Shown here piece after piece: positions 37,829 to 48,996 of a stretch of DNA of 64,000 bases. Each line of letters starts with the position of its first letter. Position 1 is the stretch's first letter. Under the pieces are notes generated by a model that did no database searches, was not told where the DNA came from, and worked only from the letters and a program-made list of their open reading frames with translations. Source of the stretch: Gemmatimonadales bacterium (GTDB lineage Bacteria; Gemmatimonadota; Gemmatimonadetes; Gemmatimonadales; GWC2-71-9); assembly GCA_035557715.1 (NCBI GenBank), contig DATMDQ010000111.1:7713-71712 (forward strand), given 5' to 3'. A program made the translations under genes and the position numbers.

Positions 37829-40587
37829 CCCACACGGCGCTGGAGCCCTTTTCCACCGACTCGCTGCCGGAGTCGCTGGACCCGGCGGCGGCGAGTGCCG
37901 CGGCATACGCGCAGGAGGTGGTGGAGCTGCTGTCGACGCTGCTCCTCGATCTGGTGCGCGAGCGGCAGCCCGAGGTCGAGTCGGTACTCCGGGGCGAGCG
38001 ACTGCCCTCCAGCCTCAGCCCCGAGCTGCTCGCCCGGACGCTGCAGGTGCAGGGGATCTGGTTTCAGCTGCTCAGCATCGCCGAGCAGAACGCGGCGATG
38101 CGGCGTCGCCGGCAGATCGAGATCGAGCGCGGTTACGATCAGCTGCGCGGCACCTTCGCCCAGGTCGTCTCCACCGCCGCCGCCAGCGGGGTGAAGCCGT
38201 TGGAGATCCGCGAGCTGCTTGACGTTCTCCGCATCCGGCCCGTAATCACCGCCCATCCTACCGAAGCGCGACGGGTTACCGTCCTCGAGAAGCACCGCCG
38301 GATCTACCGCCGGCTGGTGGACCTGGAGTCTCCCCGCTGGACCCCCCGCGAGCGCCAGTCGCTGATCGATGGCCTGCGGAACGAGATCGAGCTGCTCTGG
38401 ACGACGGGCGAGCTGCGCCTGGCCAAACCGACCGTCCCGCAGGAGGTGTTTTGGGGCCTGCACTTCTTCAACGAGACCCTGTTCGAAGCGGTACCCGATC
38501 TGCTGGACAAGCTGGAGCGCGCGCTGGCGCATGCCTATCCGGATCAGGAGTTCAAGGTTCCACCCTTCTTCCAATTCGGCTCCTGGGTCGGGGGCGACCG
38601 GGACGGGAATCCGTTCGTCACCAACGAGGTCACCCGGAGCACGATTCTGGAGAACCGGCTCACCGGTCTCCGGCGCTATCGGAGGCGGCTTTCGGACCTG
38701 GTGCGCGCTCTCAGCATCACCGAGCGCGCGGTAGCGGTGCCGGACGCCTTCCGTCAGGCGCTCGCTCGGGAGCTGGCGGCCACGGGAGAAGGCGAGGAGA
38801 TCGCCGCCCGCAACCCGGGAGAGATCTTCCGCCAGTATCTCGCCTGCATGGGCCGCCGCCTCGATGTCATGATCACGGCGTCGGAGCGGGGCCAGACCTC
38901 ACCTGACCCGGCCGGGTATGCCTCGGCCGAGACGCTGATCGCGGATCTCCGGCTGATTGAGGATGCGCTTCAAGCCGGCGGGAGCGCGTCATTGGCGTCG
39001 AGCCTGGTGCGGCCGGTCCGGCGTGAAGTCGAGTCGTTCCGATTCTCCACCGTACGGCTGGACGCCCGGGAGAACACCACCAGGCTGAACGCCGCGCTGG
39101 CGGATCTGTGGCGCAAAGGCGGGGAACCACCGGAACAGGACTCCGATGAGTGGCGGCAGTGGATCGCGGCGGAGTTGGCTCGTCCGCTGACTCCGGGCAG
39201 CCAGCCGCCAACGCTGCCGCCGGAGTCGGCCGAGACCCTTGGCATGTTCCAGTTGATTGGCCAGCTGCGGGAAGAGATCGATCGCGAGGCCTTCGGCAGC
39301 TTTGTGCTCAGCATGACCCGAAGCTCGGCCGATGTGCTCGGAGCCTATCTGCTGGCCAAGACGGCCGGACTCTTCGGCGACACTGCCGGGGTGGAGAGCT
39401 CGACGCTCCCGATCGTGCCGCTCTTCGAGACCATCGAAGACCTGCAACGAGCGCCGGCCATCATGAAGGAGCTGCTCAGCGTGCCCCTGGTGCGCCGGAG
39501 TGTGCGCGCGCAGGGTGGGGTGCAGGAAGTCATGATCGGCTATTCCGATTCCAACAAGGACGGCGGATTTCTCACCTCGAACTGGGAGCTCAGTAAGGCC
39601 CAGATCAAGCTTACCCGGGTGGGGCAGGAGAGCGGGGTGCCGATCGCCTTCTTCCATGGACGCGGAGGATCGGTGAGCCGTGGCGGGGCGCCCACTGGCC
39701 GGGCTATCGCGGCCCAGCCCGCGGGCTCCATCCATGGGAGGATGCGGATCACCGAGCAGGGTGAGGTCGTGTCCTTCAAGTACGCCAACCGCGGCACGGC
39801 GCAGTATCAGATCGAGCTGCTGGCGGCCAGCGTGATGGAGCACTCCCTCAAGTCGGAGCGGGAGAAGGCGCTGCTGCCCACCGCGGAGTTCGACGAGGCG
39901 ATGGAGGCGCTCTCCGGAGCGGCGCAGGCGTCGTACCGCGGGCTGGTGGATCACCCAGATCTGTTCACCTACTACCAGTCCGCCAGTCCGCTAGAGGAGA
40001 TCTCGCTGCTCAACATGGGATCGCGGCCTGCTCGGCGCTTCGGAGCACGCACGCTCAGCGATCTCCGCGCGATCCCCTGGGTGTTCGCCTGGTCGCAGAA
40101 CCGTCACTTCGTTCCCGGGTGGTATGGGGTCGGCAGCGGGATCCTCACTTTCCTCCAGGTCCGGGGCCCCCGTGGCGCGGCCCTGCTCGACCGGATGTTC
40201 GCCGAGTCGCGACTGTTCCGGCTGATCGTGGACGAGGTGGAGAAGACTCTGGCCTATGTCGATCTCGGGATCGCCCGGGAGTATGCCGAGCTGGTTCCCG
40301 ATGCAGGAGTGCGGTCGAACATCCTGACCATGGTGGAAGAGGAGTACCATCGCACCATGGAAGCGGTGCTGCGCATCAGCGGCGGGAAGGAGCTGGCGGA
40401 GCGCTATCCCCGGTTCCGTCGCCGGCTGGCCCGCCGGCTACCGACCATCAATCAGGTAAGCCGGCAGCAGATCGAGCTGCTCCGCCGATTCCGCGAGTCG
40501 GGCGGCGACAAGACCCAGGAAGAGCAGCTGTCGGCGCTGCTGCTGTCGATCAACTGTATTGCGGCAGGGTTCGGGGCTACTGGATAG
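37825..40587 (+). CDS. ppc: Phosphoenolpyruvate carboxylase
   Basis: 920 aa with motifs VITAHPTE, GYSDSNKDGG, FHGRGGSVSRGG and C-terminal NCIAAGFGATG. Confidence 0.95.
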   Translation: MTHTALEPFSTDSLPESLDPAAASAAAYAQEVVELLSTLLLDLVRERQPEVESVLRGERLPSSLSPELLARTLQVQGIWFQLLSIAEQNAAMRRRRQIEIERGYDQLRGTFAQVVSTAAASGVKPLEIRELLDVLRIRPVITAHPTEARRVTVLEKHRRIYRRLVDLESPRWTPRERQSLIDGLRNEIELLWTTGELRLAKPTVPQEVFWGLHFFNETLFEAVPDLLDKLERALAHAYPDQEFKVPPFFQFGSWVGGDRDGNPFVTNEVTRSTILENRLTGLRRYRRRLSDLVRALSITERAVAVPDAFRQALARELAATGEGEEIAARNPGEIFRQYLACMGRRLDVMITASERGQTSPDPAGYASAETLIADLRLIEDALQAGGSASLASSLVRPVRREVESFRFSTVRLDARENTTRLNAALADLWRKGGEPPEQDSDEWRQWIAAELARPLTPGSQPPTLPPESAETLGMFQLIGQLREEIDREAFGSFVLSMTRSSADVLGAYLLAKTAGLFGDTAGVESSTLPIVPLFETIEDLQRAPAIMKELLSVPLVRRSVRAQGGVQEVMIGYSDSNKDGGFLTSNWELSKAQIKLTRVGQESGVPIAFFHGRGGSVSRGGAPTGRAIAAQPAGSIHGRMRITEQGEVVSFKYANRGTAQYQIELLAASVMEHSLKSEREKALLPTAEFDEAMEALSGAAQASYRGLVDHPDLFTYYQSASPLEEISLLNMGSRPARRFGARTLSDLRAIPWVFAWSQNRHFVPGWYGVGSGILTFLQVRGPRGAALLDRMFAESRLFRLIVDEVEKTLAYVDLGIAREYAELVPDAGVRSNILTMVEEEYHRTMEAVLRISGGKELAERYPRFRRRLARRLPTINQVSRQQIELLRRFRESGGDKTQEEQLSALLLSINCIAAGFGATG

Positions 40588-40621
40588 GCGGGGCAGCGGG
40601 GCAGCGGGGAAGCGGGACAGC
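40588..40621. repeat. Tandem octamer repeat GCGGGRMA x4; a G-quadruplex-type motif on the + strand
   Basis: gcggggca gcggggca gcggggaa gcgggaca starts directly after the ppc TAG. The G-tracts 4-4-4-3 have 4-nt loops (40590-40616). Confidence 0.7.
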
Positions 40622-40667
40622 AAACGCGTGTGACGGTCGTCCTGGCCCTCGTCGTCGCTGCGCTCCC

Positions 40668-41786
40668 TCAGGGCGATGCTCCCTTTGCCGACCCACTGAC
40701 CCGCTGACCAGCTGTCCCGTTGACCCGCCGCTTCTCCTCCACCTCCACTCTCAACTGCCCGCACGCCGCATTGATGTCCAGGCCCCGGCTGCGCCGCACC
40801 ACGGCCTCCACTCCCTGGTTGCGCAGACGCTCGGCGAAGGCGCGAATGCGGGGTGCAGTGGTTGGAGACAGATCAGGCGCGCCACCCGGATGGAGCGGCA
40901 GAATGTTCACTAGCGCGCCCAGCCGGCCGGCGAGCTTGGCCAGCTGTGAGGCGTCGGCGTCGCTGTCGTTGACCCCAGCAATCATCACGTACTCGAACGT
41001 CACCCGCTTCCGGAACGCCTGAGCCGCCTTCAGGACCGAGTCGAGGCCGTACTTCTTCTCGATCGGCATCATGGTGAGGCGCTGGGCCGGCGTGGGAGCA
41101 TGGAGGGAGATCGCCAGGCGGAACTGCTCCGGACGCTTGGCGAACGCCTCCATGCCAGGGAGGATTCCGACGGTCGACAGGGTGATGTGCCGGGCCCCGA
41201 TGCCGAGACCATCCGGCTGGTTGAGGATACTGAGCGCGGCGTCCACGGCGGGCCAGTTGAGGAGAGGCTCGCCCATTCCCATGAAGACGATATTGGTCGG
41301 CTTCTCCTCCGGGTTCTGAAGCACGATCTCCCGCACCTGCCCCGCGATCTCGAACGGCGTCAGGTTGCGGCGGAATCCCATGCGGCCGGTGGCGCAGAAG
41401 GAGCACCTGAGGGCGCACCCGGCCTGCGACGAAATGCACAGCGTTCGCCGGGTGCCGGAGGGAATGAGCACCGACTCGATGGCTTCCCCATCCGAGAGGC
41501 GCCAGAGGTACTTCCGGGTCCCGTCGGACGATTGCTGGACGGTATCGGGTGCCAGGCGGGGCAGGGGGAAGATTTGGTCCAGCTCCGCTCGCAGCGCGGC
41601 TGGTAGATCGGTGGCTTGCTCCCAGCTTTCCGCCGGCGCCTGCCATAGGCGCCGCAGCATCTGCCCTGCGCGATACGAAGGCAGGCCGCGCTCGGCCACC
41701 CATTCGACCAGCGCTTGCCGGGCTTGCTCCGGGGTCAGGTCGAGCAGGTTGCGAGTAGTGGAGGTTACGGGAAGGGAACTGGCCAT
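40668..41786 (-). CDS. rlmN: 23S rRNA/tRNA adenine-C2 methyltransferase (radical SAM)
   Basis: Contains motifs CISSQAGCALRCSFCATG and DINAACGQL. The start is ATG 41786 or the ATG ~36 nt upstream. The 614-aa ORF-track form is an over-extension. A ~28-aa C-terminal tail is encoded by a G-rich repeat. Confidence 0.9.
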   Translation of the reverse strand: MASSLPVTSTTRNLLDLTPEQARQALVEWVAERGLPSYRAGQMLRRLWQAPAESWEQATDLPAALRAELDQIFPLPRLAPDTVQQSSDGTRKYLWRLSDGEAIESVLIPSGTRRTLCISSQAGCALRCSFCATGRMGFRRNLTPFEIAGQVREIVLQNPEEKPTNIVFMGMGEPLLNWPAVDAALSILNQPDGLGIGARHITLSTVGILPGMEAFAKRPEQFRLAISLHAPTPAQRLTMMPIEKKYGLDSVLKAAQAFRKRVTFEYVMIAGVNDSDADASQLAKLAGRLGALVNILPLHPGGAPDLSPTTAPRIRAFAERLRNQGVEAVVRRSRGLDINAACGQLRVEVEEKRRVNGTAGQRVSGSAKGASP

Positions 41787-41978
41787 GTTGAAAAATAGCA
41801 CCTCTTCGCGCCCATCCGTCATCGCGTTGGTGCTTTCTTGTTCCCTCTGTGCCTCTGTGGTGAATTTTTTTGTTGGGTCCAGAAGCACGAGAAAGCAAGC
41901 TAACGTCAAACATACGAATGCATTGCCCCACTCCGTCACGCGGTATAGGTTTGAGCGCATGCTTTCCCATCTGAAGCC

Positions 41979-42434
41979 GTGCTCCTGAGCGAGCTGCTCT
42001 CGCCGGACCAGGTGGTCATGCCTGTGGTAGCCCGGGATAAGGGCGGTGTCATCGCTGAGCTCACACGTCACCTCGCCGATCGTTGGGGATGTGATTACCC
42101 GGCGTTGCTCGGAGCGGTTCAGGAGCGCGAGGCGGGTGGGAGCACGGGCATCGGTTTCGGGGTGGCCATCCCGCACGCCCGCGCGGTCGGGGTACCCGAG
42201 CTGAGTCTGGTCTGCGGCGTCAGCCCGTCCCCGGTGCCTTTCGACTCGATCGACGGAGAGCCGGTGCGGCTGTTCTTTTTGATCGTGGGACCTCCCGCGT
42301 CCGCCGGCCAGCATGTAAAACTCCTCGGGCGGATCGCCAAGCTGGTGCGGCATGAGGACGTGCGCCGCCGATTGTTCGACGCGACAACGCCGCACGAGTT
42401 CTATACCACCCTGCTCGACGCCGAGGCGCGTTGA
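41979..42434 (+). CDS. PTS IIA(Ntr/Fru)-type domain protein (PtsN-like)
   Basis: 151 aa. The region GFGVAIPHAR contains the phosphorylatable His context. The start is GTG. Confidence 0.78.
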   Translation: MLLSELLSPDQVVMPVVARDKGGVIAELTRHLADRWGCDYPALLGAVQEREAGGSTGIGFGVAIPHARAVGVPELSLVCGVSPSPVPFDSIDGEPVRLFFLIVGPPASAGQHVKLLGRIAKLVRHEDVRRRLFDATTPHEFYTTLLDAEAR

Positions 42435-42468
42435 GCCCAATCGGTCTCTATGGCAAGGCCTTCCGGGC

Positions 42469-44230
42469 ATGAGCGCCACCGCATTACGAACCCACCGCAG
42501 TGGCGCCCTCACCCGCGCCGAAGCAGGGAAGTCAGTCCGCCTAGGTGGCTGGGTTCACCGGAGGCGGGATCTCGGGGGACTGGTCTTCATCGACCTTCGG
42601 GATCGGGCGGGTCTGGTGCAGCTGTCCTGTAACCCTGCCTGGACGCCGCCGGATGTAATGGAGCGCGCGGCCGGTCTTGGCGCGGAGACCGTTGTGCTCG
42701 TCGAGGGGATCGTCCAGCTTCGCCCGGAACCGGCCCGCGATCAGAACCTCACCTCGCGCGAGGTGGAGGTGCACGTGACTCGCCTGGAAGTGGTCGGACC
42801 AGCGCAGACACCGGCAATTCCGGTGGCCCGGAAGGAAAAAGAGGAGCTCCCCGCCGAGGAGCTGCGGCTGCGGCACCGGGTGCTCGATCTCCGCCGAGCG
42901 GAGCTCCAGAACAATCTGATTCTCCGCCACCGACTGATGCAGGCGACTCGCCGGTACTTCGACTCGGAGGGGTTTCTCGAGATCGAGACCCCGATTCTCA
43001 CCAAGCCGACTCCCGAGGGCGCGAGAGATTACCTAGTGCCGAGCCGGGTGCATCCGGGGGAGTTCTTCGCGCTGCCCCAGTCCCCCCAGATCTACAAGCA
43101 GCTACTCATGGTCGCGGGCTACGACCGCTACTTCCAGATCGCGCGGTGCTTTCGAGATGAGGATCTGCGCGCCGACCGGCAGCCGGAGTTTACCCAGATC
43201 GATATCGAGGCCTCGTTCATCGGGGTCGAGGATGTCCTGAAATTCGGCGAGGGGATGGTCGAGGCGATCTGGGCGGAGGCAGGTCACCAGGTGCGTTTGC
43301 CGATCCAGCGCATGCGCCACGCCGAAGCCATGGAGACCTACGGCAGTGACAAGCCGGACCTGCGTTACGGGCTTCCGATCTTCGATGCCACCGAGGTGTT
43401 TCGTGGCACCGACTTCTCGATCACGCGCTCCGCTATTGAAGCAGGAGGCAGAGTCCGCGGGATCAGGGTCCCCGGTGGCGCCACGCTGACCCGGAAGCAG
43501 GTCGACGAGATCGAAGCGGCAGCCAAAGCGCTGGGAGCCGCCGGCTTGCTCAGGCTGAAAGCGGCCGGTGCTTCTCTGGAGGGTCCCGCGGCCAAGTATC
43601 TGCCGGCCGGCGCCGCCGAGCGACTGACTCTGTCCGACGGAGACCTGTGTCTCCTGGTAGCCGGCCCCGACCACGTCTCCAGCCCGGCGCTCGACCGCGT
43701 GCGGCAGGAGTTGGCCCAGAGGCTCAAGCTCATTCCTGAAGGCGAAAGTCGGTTCGTGTGGATCGTGGACTTCCCTCTATTCGAGAAGGATCCCGCGACC
43801 GGCGCGTTGAGGCCGGTGAACCACCCGTTCACCGCGCCGCATCCCGACGATCTGCCATTGCTGGAAACCGCGCCGGAGGAGGTGCGCGCGCTGGCGTACG
43901 ACATGGTCTTGAACGGAACCGAGCTGGGTGGGGGCAGCCTCCGCATCGCGGACCCGCAGCTCCAGCGTCGGGTCTTCGCCTTGCTTGGTATCCCTGACGA
44001 AGAGGCGAAGACTCGCTTCGGGTTTCTGATCGAGGGACTGCGCGCCGGCGCACCACCCCACGGTGGATTCGCCTTTGGGATGGACCGAATCGTAATGTTA
44101 CTCGCTGGGGCAGGTTCGTTGCGGGACGTGATCGCGTTCCCCAAAACAACTGCCCAACGGGCCCTGTTTGAGGGGGCACCGACCCCAATCGACCCGGCTG
44201 ATCTTCGAGCCCTTCACCTGCAGGCCAGCG

Positions 44231-44238
<8 letters not shown>
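42469..44238 (+). CDS. aspS: Aspartate--tRNA ligase
   Basis: The start at 42469 gives MSATALRTHRSG. It has an OB fold with GWVHRRRDLGGLVFIDLRD and class II motifs FRDEDLRADRQPEF and GGFAFGMDR. Confidence 0.95.
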
Positions 44239-45183
<945 letters not shown>

Positions 45184-45184
<1 letters not shown>

Positions 45185-47397
45185 TGCCTGAGCGGTCGAG
45201 CGTGCAATTCTGGGAAAGCTGGATCTGGGCCTCGCCAGGGGAACGGATGCGGTTTCACCTGGTGCGCTGGGCCCCGTTGGTCGCGGTGGCAGTCTTCACC
45301 TATCTGGCCTTCCCCCCACCGATCGGGATCGGCGCCCCCGTGCCCGCCGTGGGCGAGATCTCGCGACGCGCCGTGGTGGCCCCGTTTGCGTTCGAGGTGC
45401 GGAAGTCTCCCGAGGAAATCGCCCGGGAAGGCCAGTCCCGCGCGCTGACTGCCCAGCCGGTGTACCGCTTCAGCGCCACCGCATACGACTCCTCGATGGC
45501 GTCCGCCCGGGGGTTCTTTGCCGAGCTGGAACGGGCCAGCGAATCGGGAGGCCCGGAGGCCGTCGCGGCCGCCATAGGGACGCGGGTGCGGCTCGGCCCC
45601 GAGGAGACCCGCTTTCTGACGGACTCCACCCGGCGCCGCCAGCTCCAGGAGGTGGCGACTCACTTCCTGGCCGAAGGACTCCAGCGTGGCGTGGCCGACG
45701 CGGGCGCCATACGGAGCGAGCTGAGCAAGGACATCTCTCTACGGAGGGGCGAAACCGAGCGCATCGTTCCGCGCGATTCGATCCTCACCTTCGCCGACCT
45801 CATGGAGCAGGCCGAGGCGGCAGGCACCAACCTCCCAACCGCGGTTGGACAACGCACCCTCCGCCGTCTCGTGGGCGCGTTCTATCACCCCACCATCGTT
45901 CTCGACCCGTTCGTCACCACCGCCCGGCGCGAGCAGCTGCGTGGCAGCGTGGACCCGGTCAAGTATTCGGTTCGCACCGGCGAGCGAATTCTGCGGGCGG
46001 GTGAGCCGGTGACCGATGAGGCACGCGCCAAGCTGATCTCGCTGCGCGAGGAACATCGCAGGCGCGGCACCGGCGGCCTCGCCCTCAGGAGCGCTGCCGG
46101 GGCGCTGCTCTACAATGCCATCATCCTGAGTGCGTTCTGGCTGCTCATCGTGTTCTATAAGCGGGAGAGCTACGCCCAGCTGCGGGAAATGGCCTTTTTC
46201 GCCGGGCTGTTCGCCATGGTCGTCCTGCTCACCGCGGCTCTGACCGGTCTCTTTCCCGGCCGGCCCGAGCTGATTCCGATTCCGTTCGCGGCGATTCTGG
46301 TGACGATGCTCTACAACGGCCGGATCGGGGTGTTCGCCGCTGTCACCCTGGCGATCCTGCTGGACGGACAGTGGGCGCTGCGGGAGAGTCACATGCTGTT
46401 CTTCGGGCTGGTCGGCGGCGTGGCCGGGGCGGTAGGCATCCGGGTCGTGAGGCGGCGGCGACACCTTTACGTGACTATCGGCGTGCTGGCGGTCGCAAGC
46501 ATTCTGGCAACCATTTCGATTGGCTTGAGCCAGGGTTGGTCTACCCGCACCATCCTGAGCAGCGCCCTGCTCGGCCTGGTGATGGCGTTGGCCAGCGCCG
46601 CGCTGGCAATGATGGTCATGCCGGTGGCGGAGTCGGCCACGCGCATCACCACCGACCTGACTCTCCTAGAGCTCTCCGACCTGGGCCGGCCGCTCCTCCG
46701 ACGGCTGGCACTCGAAGCGCCCGGGACCTGGGCCCACAGTCTGGCCATGGCCAACCTGTGCGAGTCCGCCTGCAATATCATTGGAGCCAACGGACTCCTC
46801 GCCCGAGTCGGCTGCTATTACCACGACATCGGCAAGCTCGCGAGCCCGGGCCACTTCGTAGAGAATCAAGGCGGCGGACCCAATCCGCACGACTTGATGC
46901 GTGCCCAGGATTCGGCCAAGATCATCCAGAGCCATGTTGCGGACGGCCTTGCGCTGGCCGAGGCAGCCCACCTTCCGCAAGTGGTCAAAGCCTTTATCCC
47001 AGAACACCATGGGACTACCTACATAACCTACTTTCTGAGCCGAGCGCGGGGCAGCGACCCCGATGGGCGAGTCGATCCGGCGGACTACCGCTATCCCGGC
47101 CCCCGGCCCCAGTCAGCCGAGACCGCGGTGGCCATGCTGGCCGACTCGGCGGAGGCCGCTATCCGGGTCCTGCCCAACCCGACCCCCGAAGCGGTGCGCA
47201 GCGCCATCGAGCACCTGGTGCAGCAGAAGCTGGGGTCGGGCCAGTTGGACGATGCTCCACTCACCTTGCGCGACCTCGACCGGATCAAGCGCGAATTTGG
47301 CCGCGTGATGTCGGGGACCTACCACAAGCGCATCGGCTACCCGCGTGCCAGTGGCGGCAACGTCGCACCGGAATTCCAGTCGGCTGAGCGTGAGTGA
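45184..47397 (+). CDS. 7TM receptor with intracellular HD/HDIG hydrolase domain (YqfF/PgpH-like)
   Basis: 737 aa. It has an extracytoplasmic N-terminus, about 7 TM helices, and an HDIG domain (HSLAMANL..YYHDIGK..PEHHGT). Confidence 0.85.
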
Positions 47398-47806
47398 GGT
47401 GGTGGTAAGCGGCCGCCGGCTTCCGCTGTCGCGCGCGCTGGTCCGTCGCGTGGTCGAGGCCGTGCTCCAGGCGGAGCGCCGTCAGGGACTGGTCTCCGTC
47501 ACCTTTCTCGGTCGCGACTCGATGCAGCGGCTGAATGCCGCTCACAAGGGGCACGACCGGCCGACCGACGTGCTCACCTTTGCGATGGGCGGTACCAGGG
47601 GACCGATCATTGGCGACGTCTATATCTGTCCCTGGGTGGCTCGGCGCGAGGCGCGGGCGCGCGGCATTCCGCTGAAGGAGGAGCTGATCCGGTTGGTGGT
47701 GCATGGGACTCTGCACGCGCTGGGGCGGGAGCATCCCGAGGGCCCCGATCGCACCCGCTCGGCCATGTGGCGGCGGCAAGAGCGCTACGTCGAGGCGCTC
47801 GCATGA
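47390..47806 (+). CDS. ybeY: rRNA maturation endoribonuclease YbeY
   Basis: The zinc motif HGTLHALGREH is present. The start is GTG 47390 or 47399. Confidence 0.88.
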   Translation: MSEVVVSGRRLPLSRALVRRVVEAVLQAERRQGLVSVTFLGRDSMQRLNAAHKGHDRPTDVLTFAMGGTRGPIIGDVYICPWVARREARARGIPLKEELIRLVVHGTLHALGREHPEGPDRTRSAMWRRQERYVEALA

Positions 47807-48996
47807 TTCCTTTCTTTCATTTCTTCATCGCGCCTCTTGTGGCCGCGGCGTTGACGCTGTGGGCCGCCTGGCTGGCGCTCGCAGCCGAGGCGGATGCCGA
47901 TCTGCCCCGCTCGTTGAGCGGCCAGATAGGACACTCAGGCGGCGGCTGGACGCTCTCTCGCGACCTGCACGTTGCTCACCTGGCGCTGTTGGTCCTGGCC
48001 GGTGCCGCGGCGGGCGTCGCGGTGGCGTGGTGGGCCTGGTCACCGGCGGCGGGCCTCATGCGCCTCTTCCTCGCCGTGGTGCTAGTCTGGGTGCTGGGCG
48101 ATCTGCTGCCGCGCCTGCTGGCCGCGGTGGCGCCGGAGCTCACCCTGCCAGCCCGCCGAGCGGCCGTGGCCACGCTGGTTCCATTTCAGCCGCTGCTGCG
48201 GCTTGCGGGCTGGGCTGACGCACGCGCCCGGGAGCGGGCGCCGGTGCGGACGACGAGGCAAGCCGGAGCGGCGCAACGCGACATGCTACTGGGCGTCTTT
48301 GCACTGGCCGATACCACCGTGGCGGAGGTGATGACCCCGCGCATCGACATCATCGCGGTGGACTCTGCCTCCGATCGCGAGGAAGTGGTCAAGACACTCC
48401 AGAGCTCGGAGCATGCCCGTCTGCTGGTGTATGACGGACATCCGGATGAGGTGGTGGGAGTGGTCTATGCCAAGGATATCCTGGCCTTGGGGCCTACGGA
48501 CACCCGGCACTGGCGAACGCTCATCCGGCCCGCCGCGTTCGTGCCCGAAGCCAAGACGCTCGACCGCCAGGTGCGCGATTTTCAGCGCGGGCCGAGCCAC
48601 CTGGCCGTGGTGGTGGACGAGTTCGGGGGCACGGCCGGGATCGTAACACTGGAGGACATCCTGGAGCAGATCGTCGGCGAGATCCAGGACGAGTACGACA
48701 CTGACGAGGTGGCGCCGATCCAGGTGATGAGCGAGGACCAATGGCGGGTTGAGGGCGGGGTGGCCCTGACCGAGCTGGAGTCCATACTGGGTCACAGCTT
48801 CGACCGCGACGACGTGAGCACGGTTGGCGGGCTGGTGCTGGCGGAGTTTGGCCGGGTGCCTCGAGTCGGTGAATCGATCGACGTCGAGGGATTCCGCCTG
48901 GTGGTCGAGCACGTGGTCCGCCGCCGGGTCAAACGCATCGCGGTTCATCGCCAGCCGCTCGAGGCCACCGTTCCTTCGGATAAAACCGGCCGATGA
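47803..48996 (+). CDS. CNNM/DUF21-CBS-CorC_HlyC family protein (hemolysin/CorC-like), copy 1
   Basis: The ATG at 47803 overlaps the ybeY stop (ATGA). It has a TM DUF21 region, a CBS pair and a CorC_HlyC C-terminus (VVDEFGGTAGIVTLEDILE). Confidence 0.85.
   Translation: MIPFFHFFIAPLVAAALTLWAAWLALAAEADADLPRSLSGQIGHSGGGWTLSRDLHVAHLALLVLAGAAAGVAVAWWAWSPAAGLMRLFLAVVLVWVLGDLLPRLLAAVAPELTLPARRAAVATLVPFQPLLRLAGWADARARERAPVRTTRQAGAAQRDMLLGVFALADTTVAEVMTPRIDIIAVDSASDREEVVKTLQSSEHARLLVYDGHPDEVVGVVYAKDILALGPTDTRHWRTLIRPAAFVPEAKTLDRQVRDFQRGPSHLAVVVDEFGGTAGIVTLEDILEQIVGEIQDEYDTDEVAPIQVMSEDQWRVEGGVALTELESILGHSFDRDDVSTVGGLVLAEFGRVPRVGESIDVEGFRLVVEHVVRRRVKRIAVHRQPLEATVPSDKTGR

Noticed and set aside
40588-40621. 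The tandem GCGGGGCA repeats were considered as a CRISPR array or a coding repeat.
   Set aside because: The unit length is only 8 nt with no spacers. There are no cas genes in the window. The repeats lie in a 3' intergenic position. I report them as a simple tandem/G4-type repeat instead.
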